From the NCBI GenBank assembly GCA_965205265.1, contig CBDBGH010000003.1, positions 2,464,001 through 2,528,000 on the forward strand: DNA of 64,000 bases, given 5' to 3'. The notes under the pieces were generated by a model, which was not told the DNA's origin, did no database searches, and worked only from the letters and a program-made list of their open reading frames with translations. This DNA comes from Alphaproteobacteria bacterium (GTDB lineage: Bacteria > Pseudomonadota > Alphaproteobacteria > Bin95). This document shows, in pieces, positions 1 through 11,600 of the stretch. The translations under genes and the position numbers were made by a program. The number at the start of each line of letters is the position of its first letter. The first letter of the stretch is position 1.

Positions 1-1116
1 AATCGCGGCGCCCAGCGCCACCACCTCGTCCGGATTGACGCCGCGATGCGGCTCCCGCCCGAAGAAGGTCTTCACCGTCTCGATCACCTTGGGCATCCGC
101 GTCATGCCGCCCACCAGCACGACCTCGGAAATGTCGGAGGCGCGCAGACCCGCATCCTCGAGCGCCTTGCGGCAGGGCCCGACGGTGCGCTGGACAAGGT
201 CGTCCACCAGCGCCTCCAGCTTGGCGCGCGAAAGCTTGATGTTCAGGTGCTTCGGCCCGGACTGGTCAGCCGTGATGAAGGGCAGGTTGATCTCGGTCTG
301 CGCGGTGGAGCTCAGCTCGATCTTGGCCTTCTCCGCCGCCTCCTTGAGGCGCTGCAGGGCGAGCTTGTCGCCGCGCAGGTCGATTCCCTGCTCCTTGCGG
401 AACTCTTCGGCCAGATATTCGATGATGCGGTTGTCGAAGTCCTCGCCGCCGAGATGGGTGTCGCCATTGGTGGACTTGACCTCGAAAACGCCGTCGCCGA
501 TCTCCAGCACGGAAACGTCGAAGGTGCCGCCGCCGAGGTCGTACACGGCGATGACGCCGCCTTCCTTCTTGTCGAGGCCGTAGGCAAGCGCGGCCGCGGT
601 CGGCTCGTTGACGATGCGCAGCACCTCCAGGCCGGCGATGCGGCCGGCATCCTTGGTCGCCTGGCGCTGGGAATCGTTGAAATAGGCCGGCACGGTAATG
701 ACCGCGTCGGTCACCGCCTCGCCGAGAAACGCCTCCGCCGTCTCCTTCATCTTCTGGAGGATGAAGGCGCTGATCTGGCTGGGCGCATAGTTCTCCTCGC
801 CGGCCTTGACCCAGGCGTCGCCATTGTCCGCCCTGACCAGCGCGAAGGGCAGGACGCCCTTCTCCTCCTGGATCACCGGATCCTGGTAGGTGCGGCCGAT
901 CAGCCGCTTGATGCCGAACAGCGTGTTGGCCGGGTTCGTCACCGCCTGGCGCTTGGCGGGCTGGCCGACCAGGCGTTCGCCGTCCCCGGTCACGGCCACC
1001 ATGGAAGGCGTGGTCCTTGCGCCCTCGGTGTTCTCGATGACCCTGGGTTCGCTGCCGTCCATCACGGCGACGCAGGAATTGGTCGTGCCGAGATCGATTC
1101 CGATAACCTTGCTCAT
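1..1116 (-). CDS. dnaK: Chaperone DnaK (Hsp70), 5' part; runs off the window
   Basis: Reverse strand reads [21 protein letters not shown]..., [43 protein letters not shown]. Confidence 0.97.
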   Translation of the reverse strand, partial: MSKVIGIDLGTTNSCVAVMDGSEPRVIENTEGARTTPSMVAVTGDGERLVGQPAKRQAVTNPANTLFGIKRLIGRTYQDPVIQEEKGVLPFALVRADNGDAWVKAGEENYAPSQISAFILQKMKETAEAFLGEAVTDAVITVPAYFNDSQRQATKDAGRIAGLEVLRIVNEPTAAALAYGLDKKEGGVIAVYDLGGGTFDVSVLEIGDGVFEVKSTNGDTHLGGEDFDNRIIEYLAEEFRKEQGIDLRGDKLALQRLKEAAEKAKIELSSTAQTEINLPFITADQSGPKHLNIKLSRAKLEALVDDLVQRTVGPCRKALEDAGLRASDISEVVLVGGMTRMPKVIETVKTFFGREPHRGVNPDEVVALGAAI

Positions 1117-1233
1117 GAAGCCCGTCCCTACCCGTGAGGCGAACCCGGACCGCCTGCCGACGCAGCGCCTGTCCCGGCCCCCTTCGATGACAATGGAAAA
1201 CCGGGCCCGCGCCCGACTTCCCGTTGCGCGGGT

Positions 1234-1262
1234 ATATATGGACGCCCCTTTTGCCCTACAAG
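1234..1262 (-). promoter_or_regulatory. Putative RpoH (sigma32) promoter of dnaK
   Basis: Minus strand CTTG-N17-CCATATAT about 120 nt upstream of dnaK, resembling the alphaproteobacterial RpoH consensus. Confidence 0.6.
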
Positions 1263-1314
1263 ACCCGGCCGCCTTGCCCGAGGTGCGGCAAAAAATGCCA
1301 ATTCAGGCGAAAAA

Positions 1315-2139
1315 ATGACAAAGACCGTCGTTTCCGCAAGCTACCGCACGGACATCCCGGCCTTTTACGGCGACTGGTTCGCGCGCCGCCTCGCCGCCGG
1401 ATATGCGCTGGTCCGCAACCCGTGGTCCGGCAGCGCCTACCGGGTGGATCTCGCGCCCGAAGCCGTCGCCGGCTATGTCTTCTGGACCCGCAACCCCGCC
1501 CCCTTCATGCCCGTCCTGGCGGGGCTGGAGCGCCCTTTCGCCGTCCAGTTCACGATCACCGGCTACGGACGCCGGCTCGAGCCCTCGGTGCCCGCCCCCG
1601 AACGCGCCGTCGAGGCCGCCCATGCGCTCGCCGCGCTCTACGGCCCCCGATGCGTGGTCTGGCGCTACGACCCGATCCTGTCGCCGACCCAGGACCATGT
1701 CGAGGCCGCCGGGCGGCTGGCCGAATCGCTGCGGGGCGTCACCGACGAATGCGTCGTCTCCTTCGCATCCTTCTACCGCAAGACGGCCCGCAACCTGGCG
1801 GCGGCCGGCTTCGCCTGGGAGGACCCGGAGCCCGACCGCCGCCTCCGGCTGATCGAAGCGCTGGCGGATGCCGTCTCCCCGCTCCGCCTCACGGTCTGCG
1901 CGCAACCGGAACTGACCGGCGGCGCGGCCGAGCCGGCGCGCTGCATCGACCCCGCCCGGCTCGGCCTGGGCACGCTTCCGGAAAAAGGCAACCGGCCCGG
2001 CTGCGCCTGCGCCGCCAGCCGGGACATCGGCGCCTACGACACCTGCCCGCACGGCTGCCTTTACTGCTACGCCAATGCCTCGCCGCACGCCGCCCGGCGC
2101 CGCTTCAAGGCGCACGACCCCGAAGCCGAAATGCTTTAG
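1315..2139 (+). CDS. DUF1848 family protein
   Basis: N-terminal SASYRTDIPAFY, FWTRNP, WRYDPI, C-terminal CACAASRDIGAYDTCPHGCLYCYAN. Confidence 0.9.
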   Translation: MTKTVVSASYRTDIPAFYGDWFARRLAAGYALVRNPWSGSAYRVDLAPEAVAGYVFWTRNPAPFMPVLAGLERPFAVQFTITGYGRRLEPSVPAPERAVEAAHALAALYGPRCVVWRYDPILSPTQDHVEAAGRLAESLRGVTDECVVSFASFYRKTARNLAAAGFAWEDPEPDRRLRLIEALADAVSPLRLTVCAQPELTGGAAEPARCIDPARLGLGTLPEKGNRPGCACAASRDIGAYDTCPHGCLYCYANASPHAARRRFKAHDPEAEML

Positions 2140-2777
2140 CCGACCGCCTTCAGCATGCCCCCGACGGCCGCTTCGAACATGGCCGGGGTCAGCCGCCCGG
2201 TATTGGTGTTGTAGCGCGAACAATGGTAGCTGTCCGCCAGCAGGCGGCCGCAGGCGAGCCGGTGCAGGGCGCCGTGGGCGAACGGCCGGGCGGCGCGTTT
2301 CTCGCCCAGCGCGGCAAGCACCGCATCGTGGGCGACGCGCCCGAGCGCCAGCACCGCACCGCCTTCCGGCAGGTCTTCGAGTTCGCCCGCGAGGAAGGGG
2401 CGGCAGGCGGCCACTTCCGCGCCGACGGGCCTGTTTTGCGGCGGGACGCAGCGCACCGCATTGACGATGCGGCAGCCGGCGGGCGCGAAGCCGTCTTCGG
2501 CATGGCCGCCATAGCACCCCCGCGCCAGGCCGAACTTGAGCAGCGTTGCGAACAGCAGGTCGCCGGCATAGTCGCCGGTAAAGGGCCTGCCGGTCCGGTT
2601 CGCGCCGCGCAGGCCGGGCGCGAGGCCGACGATCAGGACCTTCGCGCCGCGCGGCCCGAATCCCGGCACAGGAGCATTGAACCAGCCGGGCTCCGCTTCC
2701 CGCCAACGATGCCGGAACGCCCGCAGGCGCGGACAGAAGGGACAGTCCGGATCAGGCTCCATACCGCTCTTCGACAC
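2136..2777 (-). CDS. Uracil-DNA glycosylase, family 5 (UdgB-like); start may be 2762
   Basis: CPFCPRL, GLAPGLRGANRTGRPFTGD, NAVRCVPPQN, SYHCSRYNTNTG. Confidence 0.9.
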   Translation of the reverse strand: MSKSGMEPDPDCPFCPRLRAFRHRWREAEPGWFNAPVPGFGPRGAKVLIVGLAPGLRGANRTGRPFTGDYAGDLLFATLLKFGLARGCYGGHAEDGFAPAGCRIVNAVRCVPPQNRPVGAEVAACRPFLAGELEDLPEGGAVLALGRVAHDAVLAALGEKRAARPFAHGALHRLACGRLLADSYHCSRYNTNTGRLTPAMFEAAVGGMLKAVG

Positions 2778-3375
2778 CGTCCTGCGCCCCCTCGAAACGC
2801 AGGCTCTCCCGCTGGGCGCGGCGCATCTGGGCCGCTTCCCGCTCGTCCTCGTCGCGCATGATCGACGGCGCCAGATCGAGCAGGTCCATGAAGAAATCGG
2901 CCTGCCGGCGCAGGTCGTCGGAGACCATGGGCGGCTGGCTCTTCATCGTGCTGACGACGGTCACGCGCACGCCGCGCCGCTGCAGCGCCTCCACGAGGCG
3001 GCGGAAATCGCCGTCGCCGGAGAACAGCACGATATGCTCCAGATGATCGGCCATCTCCATCGCATCGACGGCGAGCTCTATATCCATGTTTCCCTTGATT
3101 TTTCGCCGGCCCATGGCGTCTGTGAACTCGCGCGCCGGCTTGGTGACCATGGTGAAGCCGTTATAGTCGAGCCAGTCCACCAGCGGGCGGATCGGCGAAT
3201 AGTCCTGATCCTCGATCAGCGCCGTGTAATAGAAGGCGCGGATGAGCCGCCCGCGCTTCGAGAAATAGTCGAGCATCCGCTTGTAATCGATATTGATGTT
3301 CAGGCCGCGCGCGGCTGCGTAAAGGTTCGCGCCGTCGATGAAAAGCGCGGTGCGTTCTTCCATATAGGTGCGCAT
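2752..3375 (-). CDS. NYN domain (LabA/DUF88) protein
   Basis: ALFIDGANLY, KGNMDIELAVDAM, LFSGDGDF; usual neighbour of udg and folK in Alphaproteobacteria. Confidence 0.92.
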   Translation of the reverse strand: MRTYMEERTALFIDGANLYAAARGLNINIDYKRMLDYFSKRGRLIRAFYYTALIEDQDYSPIRPLVDWLDYNGFTMVTKPAREFTDAMGRRKIKGNMDIELAVDAMEMADHLEHIVLFSGDGDFRRLVEALQRRGVRVTVVSTMKSQPPMVSDDLRRQADFFMDLLDLAPSIMRDEDEREAAQMRRAQRESLRFEGAQDGVEERYGA

Positions 3376-3461
3376 GGGAAACTCCGAAAACGGCGGCAAT
3401 CCGCTAAAGTGCTGCCGGCAAACTAGGCGAGACGCAGCCGCGCGACAAGAGGCCGCCGGGG

Positions 3462-3956
3462 ATGATTCTGATCGGATTGGGGGCGAACCTGCCGTCGCCG
3501 GAGCACGGGCCGCCGCAGGCGACGCTGGCGGCGGCGCTGGAGGCGCTGGCGGCGCGCGGCGCAAGGGTGTTGCGCCGTTCGCCCTGGTATGAGAGCGCGC
3601 CGGTGCCGCCGAGCGGCCAGCCCTGGTACGTCAACGCCGTGGCGGAGGTGGAAAGCCGGCTCTCCCCGCCGGCGCTGCTCGACGCCCTTCTCGCCGTCGA
3701 GGCGGGTTTCGGCAGGACCCGCGGCGCCCGCAATGCGTCGCGCTCGGTCGATCTCGACCTCCTGGACTATGGCGGCCTGGTGACGGGGCCGGACGAGAAG
3801 CCCGAACTGCCCCATCCCCGCCTGCATGAGCGCGCCTTCGTGCTGCTGCCCTTGCGCGACATCGCGCCCGGCTGGCGCCATCCTGCCTCCGGCCGGACGG
3901 TGGAGGCGCTGATCGAAGCCCTCGGCCGGGCCGGTCCGGTCCGGCGGCTGCCCTAG
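3462..3956 (+). CDS. folK: 2-amino-4-hydroxy-6-hydroxymethyldihydropteridine diphosphokinase
   Basis: [36 protein letters not shown]. Confidence 0.95.
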   Translation: MILIGLGANLPSPEHGPPQATLAAALEALAARGARVLRRSPWYESAPVPPSGQPWYVNAVAEVESRLSPPALLDALLAVEAGFGRTRGARNASRSVDLDLLDYGGLVTGPDEKPELPHPRLHERAFVLLPLRDIAPGWRHPASGRTVEALIEALGRAGPVRRLP

Positions 3957-4125
3957 CCCTTGCGGAAAGGCGTTGCCGCGCCTGCGGCATTGGGTTAGAC
4001 TCGCGCCTTCTCCAGCCCTTGCCCGCCGCCCGGCGGGAGTTTCGGCCCCTTCCCCTCGCGTTCGAATCTTCCGCCTCCCGCGGGCGAGCCGGCTTTCAAC
4101 ATCAACGGATGGACGGTCCGAGGTC

Positions 4126-5427
<1,302 letters not shown>

Positions 5428-5442
5428 CGCCGGGAGGCCGCG

Positions 5443-5787
5443 ATGGAGCCCGGACCGGCCGCAATCCGGGAGGAAGGCGAAAGCCGGACGGAGCGCACGC
5501 TGCTCCGTCTCGCGGACAGCTATATCTGGTGGAAGACGCCGGAAGAGGCCGTCCGCTATCCGGACCGCGTGCTGGCGCAGGTCATGGACATCGGCACGTT
5601 GGAAGACTGCCGCGCCATGAGGGCGGCCTTCGGCGACGAGCGCCTCCGCGGGGTGCTGCACCGCGCCGAGCCCGGCTGGTTCCGCGCGCGGAGCTGGGCT
5701 TTCTGGCAGGCGGCGCTCGGCATCGACGCCGGCCCCCGCCCCGTCCGCCGCAAACTGCCGCCCGCCCCTTGGGAACGCCCGGCATGA
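5443..5787 (+). CDS. Small protein, putative partner/antitoxin of the downstream AbiEii nucleotidyltransferase
   Basis: 114 aa with YIWW...RVLAQVMDIGT...SWAFW pattern; ATGA overlap with the next gene. Confidence 0.6.
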   Translation: MEPGPAAIREEGESRTERTLLRLADSYIWWKTPEEAVRYPDRVLAQVMDIGTLEDCRAMRAAFGDERLRGVLHRAEPGWFRARSWAFWQAALGIDAGPRPVRRKLPPAPWERPA

Positions 5788-6431
5788 CGGGCTTTACGCC
5801 GCGCACGGACATCCTGCCGCCGGCACAGGCGGCGCTCTGGCCGGCACTTGCGCCTGTGGCCAGCCTCGGCTTTACGCTTTACGGCGGAACCGCCATCGCG
5901 CTCCGGCTCGGGCACCGGGTATCGGAGGATTTCGACCTCTTCAGCGCCGCGCCGCTCGACAGCGACGCGATCCGCCGGGCCTGCCCCTTCCTGGCAAACA
6001 GGCCGGCGCTGCGCGAAGACGAGGACAGCTTCATCGTCAGGACGGCCGAGGACGTGCTGCTTTCCTTCTTCGGCGGCATCGACAACGGCACGGTCGCGCC
6101 GCCCGATACGGCTCCGGAGAACGGCCTGCCCGTCGCGTCCGCGCTGGACCTGCTGGCGACGAAGCTCAAGACGATCCTGCAGCGGGCCGCCGCCAAGGAT
6201 TATGCGGATATCGCGGCGCTGCTCCGGTCCGGCATCGCGCTGGAACGAGGCCTCGGCGCGGCCCGTGCGCTTTACGGGCCGGGCTACCCGCCCATGGAAT
6301 CGGTGCGCGCGCTCTGCTGGTTCGGCGACGGCGACCTCGGCACGCTTGCCGAGGAGGACCGCGGGCTGCTCGCCGATGCAGCGGCCGCAGCCGCAGGCCG
6401 GCCGGTCCCGGTCGTGCCGCTGCTCCGGTGA
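5784..6431 (+). CDS. Nucleotidyltransferase, AbiEii/AbiGii toxin family
   Basis: LYGGTAIALRLGHRVSEDFDLF, KLKTILQRAAAKDYADI. Confidence 0.88.
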   Translation: MTGFTPRTDILPPAQAALWPALAPVASLGFTLYGGTAIALRLGHRVSEDFDLFSAAPLDSDAIRRACPFLANRPALREDEDSFIVRTAEDVLLSFFGGIDNGTVAPPDTAPENGLPVASALDLLATKLKTILQRAAAKDYADIAALLRSGIALERGLGAARALYGPGYPPMESVRALCWFGDGDLGTLAEEDRGLLADAAAAAAGRPVPVVPLLR

Positions 6432-6762
6432 TTTCCGGGCGGACGGGCGACGGCGTTCGGAATTCGGGATTTATTTCCGCAAAAAGCTTGCAAATTGCCG
6501 GCAGCCGCCCTATGTCCGGCAGCGTGGCAGGAGCCGAACGCGAGAGCATGACCTGGACCTGAGACCGGCGGCGGACCGTCCGCCCCGTGCGATGCTTGCA
6601 ACCCGTAGTGGAGACAACCGCCCGGGCAGCGGACGGGACAGGTGCGGCCGCTCGCATGCTTCCGGGCGGAAAATGTCGAAACGGGTTGGATATGCTTGCA
6701 CAGAGTTGCTCCGGTTTTCGTTTCACCGCCTGACGGAATTGGACGGGTCGCGCGCCGGCAGC

Positions 6763-7173
6763 TCAGGGTATCCGGACAGATTTGCATCGCGGCGGCCGGG
6801 CCGGCGTCCGCCGGGCGGGGCGGCGGCCGCGCCTGCGCTTGAAGCCGTGGCGCTTGAGGAACATGCGCACCGTGCCGTAGCCGAAGACGAGGCCCTGCTC
6901 GCGGAGCGCCGCCCGCAGGGCGTTTATGGGAAGTTCCGGGTCCTCCTCCAACAGGGCGAGGATCGCCCCGCTCGCGGCCTCGATGCGCCAGGAGCGGCGG
7001 TCGCCGCCCGTCTTCCGCGGCCGTGCATCGCCCCGCTCGCGCTCCAGCCGCCGCCAGCGCACGATGGTCGCCACGCCGACATCGAAGGTCTCCGCCGCCT
7101 CCACGAAGGTCATCCCCTCCGCAAGCGACGCAAGCACCCGGCTCCGCAATTCGATGGGCAGCGCTTTCGGCAT
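6763..7173 (-). CDS. IS630-family transposase N-terminal HTH protein (no DDE domain present)
   Basis: MPKALPIELRSRVL...AAETFDVGVATIVRW...GGDRRS..., typical IS630 ORF-A; no catalytic ORF-B follows. Confidence 0.7.
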   Translation of the reverse strand: MPKALPIELRSRVLASLAEGMTFVEAAETFDVGVATIVRWRRLERERGDARPRKTGGDRRSWRIEAASGAILALLEEDPELPINALRAALREQGLVFGYGTVRMFLKRHGFKRRRGRRPARRTPARPPRCKSVRIP

Positions 7174-7280
7174 CTTCCCCGGACCTCCTTGGCCGGTGGA
7201 CACGAAATAGAACAAATGAGGAATATTGTAAAGACGACTCTGGCCAGACCCCGCAAGAGTTACCGGGCGCAGCGGAGCCC

Positions 7281-7328
7281 TTGACAACAATCTCGTTGCC
7301 AACAATATTGTTGCCAAGAAAATTGTTG
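7281..7328. repeat. Three imperfect 15-bp tandem repeats containing a 14-bp palindrome; probable operator/promoter
   Basis: TTGACAACAATCTCG / TTGCCAACAATATTG / TTGCCAAGAAAATTG; CAACAATATTGTTG at 7300-7313; begins with TTGACA; ends just before the ATG at 7340. Confidence 0.75.
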
Positions 7329-7339
7329 GGAATTGCGCA

Positions 7340-8618
7340 ATGCTGCAAAAAGGCGGAAGCAACTGGGTCGAGGGAGACCGCTTCTTCGACCGGGAGGTCG
7401 AGCTTGAGATCCTGACGGACCGCATGCGGGACGGAAATCACACCCTGGTGACCGCACAACGGCGCATGGGCAAGACGAGCCTCGTGCGGGAACTGCTGCG
7501 GCGCCTGGCGGAGGGCGGCGAATTCGAGACGGTCTTCGTCGATCTGGAAGCCGTCCTGGACCAGGCCGATACCATGGCCGAAATCACGGTTCGCGCCCGG
7601 CCTGTGAGCGGGGCATGGGGGCGGATCGAAGCCGGTTTCGTCAACATCCTGAAAGAAGTCGGCGGCCGAATCGAGGAACTGTCGGTCTCCGACCTGAAAG
7701 TGAAGCTGCGGGCCGGAATCGATGCCGGCAATTGGCCCCAGCGGGGCGATGCGGTCTTCGCCGCGCTCGCCGACAGCAACCGGCCGGTCGTGCTCGCCAT
7801 CGACGAACTGCCGATTCTCGTCAACCGCCTGCTCAAGGACGACAGCGGGCGAATCACGCCGGAAGGCAGGAAGGAAGCGGATGTGTTTCTGAGCTGGCTG
7901 CGCCGGAACGGGCAGGCCCATCGGGGACAGGTAACCATGATGCTGTCCGGCAGCGTCGGCCTTGAGCCGCTTCTCGAACAGGCTGGGCTGAGCGCCCACG
8001 CCAACATCTTCTCTGCCTACGACCATGAAGCCCTGGGATGAAGAGACCGCGGTATCGTGCCTGTCGGAGCTTGCCGGGAGCTACGAGGTCGGCCTGCCGC
8101 ACGGGATATGCCGGGACATGTGCCGGCGGCTCCGCTGCTGCATTCCCCACCATGTGCAGATGTATTTCGACAAGCTCCACGACCGTCTCAGGCACGCCGG
8201 TCGGCAGGCCGCAACGGAGGAGGATGCGGAAAGGGTCTATCTGCACGAGATGTTGAGCGTCCGGGGCCAGATGGACCTTCAACACTATGAAGACCGGTTG
8301 AGGACGATACTCGGAACGGCAGGCTATCCGGTCGCCATGGAGATACTGACCGCAACCGCTGTCGGCGGCCTTCTGGACGGCGATGCCGTTGGCCGTTACC
8401 GGGCGCATTTCGCGGCCGGGGCCGGGGATATCGAACCGGGCGGTCCGTCGGTCGGGGATGTGCTGCACGTCCTGCTCCATGACGGCTATCCGGAGCCGCA
8501 GGACGGCGGCTACCGGTTCAGGTCGGGTCTTCTCGAGGACTGGTGGCGGAACCGCTGGGGCGGAAGCTTCCGGCCCGTCATCGACGACGGGCGGCGGAGC
8601 GGGGGAGCGGGCCGATGA
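7340..8618 (+). pseudogene. P-loop ATPase (STAND-like, likely wHTH) split by a +1 frameshift near 8025
   Basis: FFDREVEL, Walker A AQRRMGKTS, Walker B VLAIDELP, LSGSVGL; deleting A8025 gives continuous YDLKPWDEE joining ORFs 7340-8041 and 8025-8618. Confidence 0.75.
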
Positions 8619-11600
8619 CCGCCAGGAAATACAATCCGGGGTTCCTGTCCGACGACGAACTCGTCGCGACCTTCTGCGTGCGGACCCGGGAATTCGCCTC
8701 GATCGTCGAAACGCTCGGGGAATGCGACGGAAACTCGAACACGCACCAGATCGTCATCGGGCCGCGCGGCAGCGGCAAGACGAGCCTGCTGTTGCGGGTC
8801 GCGGCCGAGATAGACCGGGATGCCGGGCTCGCCTCGCGCTTCTTCCCGGTGGTCTTCGCGGAGGAGAGCTACGAAGTCTCGACTGTCGGGGAGTTCTGGC
8901 TCGAATGCCTATCGCGTCTGGCCGACCGGGCGCCGCAGCGCGAAGACGGTCCCGATCTGCGGCGCAGTTTCGAGGAACTGCGGGCCGTCCGGGACGACCG
9001 GGCGCTCGGGGACCGTTGCCTCGGCGCCCTGCAGGACTTCGCAGACCGTGAAGGCAAGCGCCTGGTGCTGTTCGTCGAGAACCTGAACATGATGTTCCGG
9101 GACATGGCGGACAAAGATGCCGGATGGAAGCTGCGCCACACGCTCCAGACCGAGCCGCGGATTGTCCTGCTGGCGAGCGCAACCAGCCGGTTCGACGAGA
9201 TGGACAGCCCGGACAAGGCCTTCTACGACCTCTTCCGGGTGCTGTTCCTGCGTCCTCTGGATACCGGCGACTGCGCGACCCTCTGGCAGCAGGTCTCGGG
9301 CCAGAGCCGGGCGCCGCAGACAATCCAGGCGTTGCGGATTCTCACCGGCGGCAGCCCCCGGCTTCTGACCATCGTGGCCCGTTTCGGGGCGAAGCTCTCG
9401 TTCCGCGAACTGATGGCCGACCTCCTGAACCTCGTGGATGACCATACCGAGTATTTCAAGAGCCACCTCGATGCGCTTCCCGCCCAGGAACGCCGTGTCT
9501 ATCTGGCCCTCGCTGCGTTATGGAAACCTGCGACTGCTCGCGAAATCGCTGACCGGGCGCGACTCGACACCAGCAAATGCAGCGCGCAACTCGCGCGACT
9601 GATCGATCGCGGCGCAGTCGAGACAACGGGCGGCAGCCCGCGGCGCAAGTTCTATTACCTCGCCGAGCGGCTCTACAACATCTACTACCTGATGCGCCGC
9701 GCCCGGGGACCCGCACCCCTGATCGAAGCGCTGGTCCGCTTCATGGAGGGATACTACTCGGCGGATGAGTTGAAGGAGTTCGGGGCCCGGATTGCGAGGG
9801 AGGCGCTGGAAACCGACGGCAAGGACCTGCCGCATTACCGGACCGCATTCCAGCAACTGGTCCGACTCCCGTCCCTGTCAGCGTACCGCGACGAATTGTT
9901 GTCGCTGACGCCGGCTGCGTTTGGCTTCGGCGAAGAGGGAAGCGGTTATTCCGCCGCGGACGGGCGTCCGGTATCGGCAAGGGAGCTTTTCGAGAACGGC
10001 CATGCCCTGGCCGAGGGCGGACGACTAAAGGAAGCTGTTGCGGCGTGGAAAGACCTCGTCCGCCGTTTCGGGGAAAGCGAAGCGGTGGACGACCGCAATC
10101 GGGTCTCGCTGGCGCTCGTAAATATGGGGACGGCGCTCGGGCGCCTGAACCGTTTCGAAGAGGCCCTTGCGGCCTGGGACGATGTTGTGCGGCGCTTCGG
10201 GGGAAACCGGGAACCTGCAATTCCTAATGCTGTCGCCACGGCCCTGCTAAAAACAGCGTTCCTGCACACCGAGGAGAACCGCCCGCTGGAAGCGCTGGCC
10301 GCATGCGACGAAGTCCTGCTGCGCTTTCGGGAGACGCGGATCGAGTCGCTTCAAAGTCTGCTCGCGAATGCGCTGATCGGCAAGACTGTTGCGCTTATGG
10401 CGTTGAACCGGCCGAACGAGGCTTTGGCCGCCTGCGACGAACTTTTGGGGCGTTTCGGCGCAAGCGCAGCGCCCGAATTCCTCGGCAGCATCGCCGCGGC
10501 CATGGCCGGTAGAGGCTCCGCCCTTCTCGCCCTTGGCCGTCTCGACGCAGCCGCGGCTGCATGGAGCCGGGTGGCGGAGCACTTCGGAAGCAGCGAGATT
10601 CCGGAAGCCATCGACCATGTTGCCATGGCGCTCGGCAACAAGGCGTCCGCTCTTGCCGGGCTCGGTCGCCCTGAAGAAGCGCTCGCCATATGCGAAGAGG
10701 TCCTGCACCGCTATACGGATGACCGTCGGCCGACACGGCGGGAACCGACCGCCGCCGCCTTGCTCCACAAGGGCAACGCCCTCGGTCTGTTGGGCCGCCA
10801 AGAGGAAGCGCTCGCCGCATGGAGTGAGTGCGCACAGCGCTTCGGTTCCGAACCGAACGAGCAAGTGCCGGTGGCATTGGCGCTGATGAGCACGGGCATG
10901 ACGCTGCTTCAAACAGACCGACCGGAAGAAGCATTGCCTGTCTGGGGCGACATCGTCCAACGCTTCGGAACGAGCGATCAGCCCCAGATACGTGCGGTTA
11001 TCGTCAAAGCTTTCACTCAAATGGGCACCTTGCTGGAGCACTTGGCCCGGCATGAGGAGGCTCTCGCCGTTTGGGAGGATGCCGAGCAGCGCTACGGAAC
11101 CGGAGTAGAGCCGGAATTTCTGGAACTGGTTGCCGGCTCTCTAGTCAACAGGGGCGCCACCCTCATCGAACTGGGCCGACTGGAGGAGGCGCTGGCGGTA
11201 TTCGACCGGGCGGTGCACCAATTCGAAACGAGCGAAGCGCCGGAGATCGTTTATTCCGTTGCAGCCGCTCTGCACAACAAGGGTTCTGTGCTCAACATGC
11301 TGAACCGGGCGGAAGAGGCGGTTGCGGTCTGGAATGAATTGATAAGCCGGTATGGCAACAGCAACGAGCCTTCAATCCTCAAGCAAGTTGCGGGTGCGGT
11401 TGTCGGCAAAGGTGCCGCGCTAGCCGGCATGGGTCGAATGGAAGAAGCGCTTACGGCCTGCGACGAGGTTCTCCATCGCTTCGGAGCGGACGCCGGACCG
11501 ACATATATCGAGGAGATGTGGACGGCTCTTTCCAACAAGATTACCGTTCTCGCCTTCCTGAACCGTCCGGAGGAGGCGCTGGCAGTCTGCGAGGAAGGTG

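Noticed and set aside
35-1137. Long plus-strand ORFs opposite dnaK, and similar antisense ORFs opposite rho, the amidohydrolase, the flavoprotein, dnaB and radA
   Set aside because: Shadow ORFs caused by high GC codon bias; the opposite strand carries the recognisable protein.
7281-7328. CRISPR array (also considered for 50036-50084 and 54493-54620)
   Set aside because: Repeats are short and adjacent or inverted, with no unique spacers and no cas genes.
8015-8045. Programmed ribosomal frameshift
   Set aside because: No slippery sequence or stimulatory hairpin is evident; a simple 1-nt insertion explains the split.
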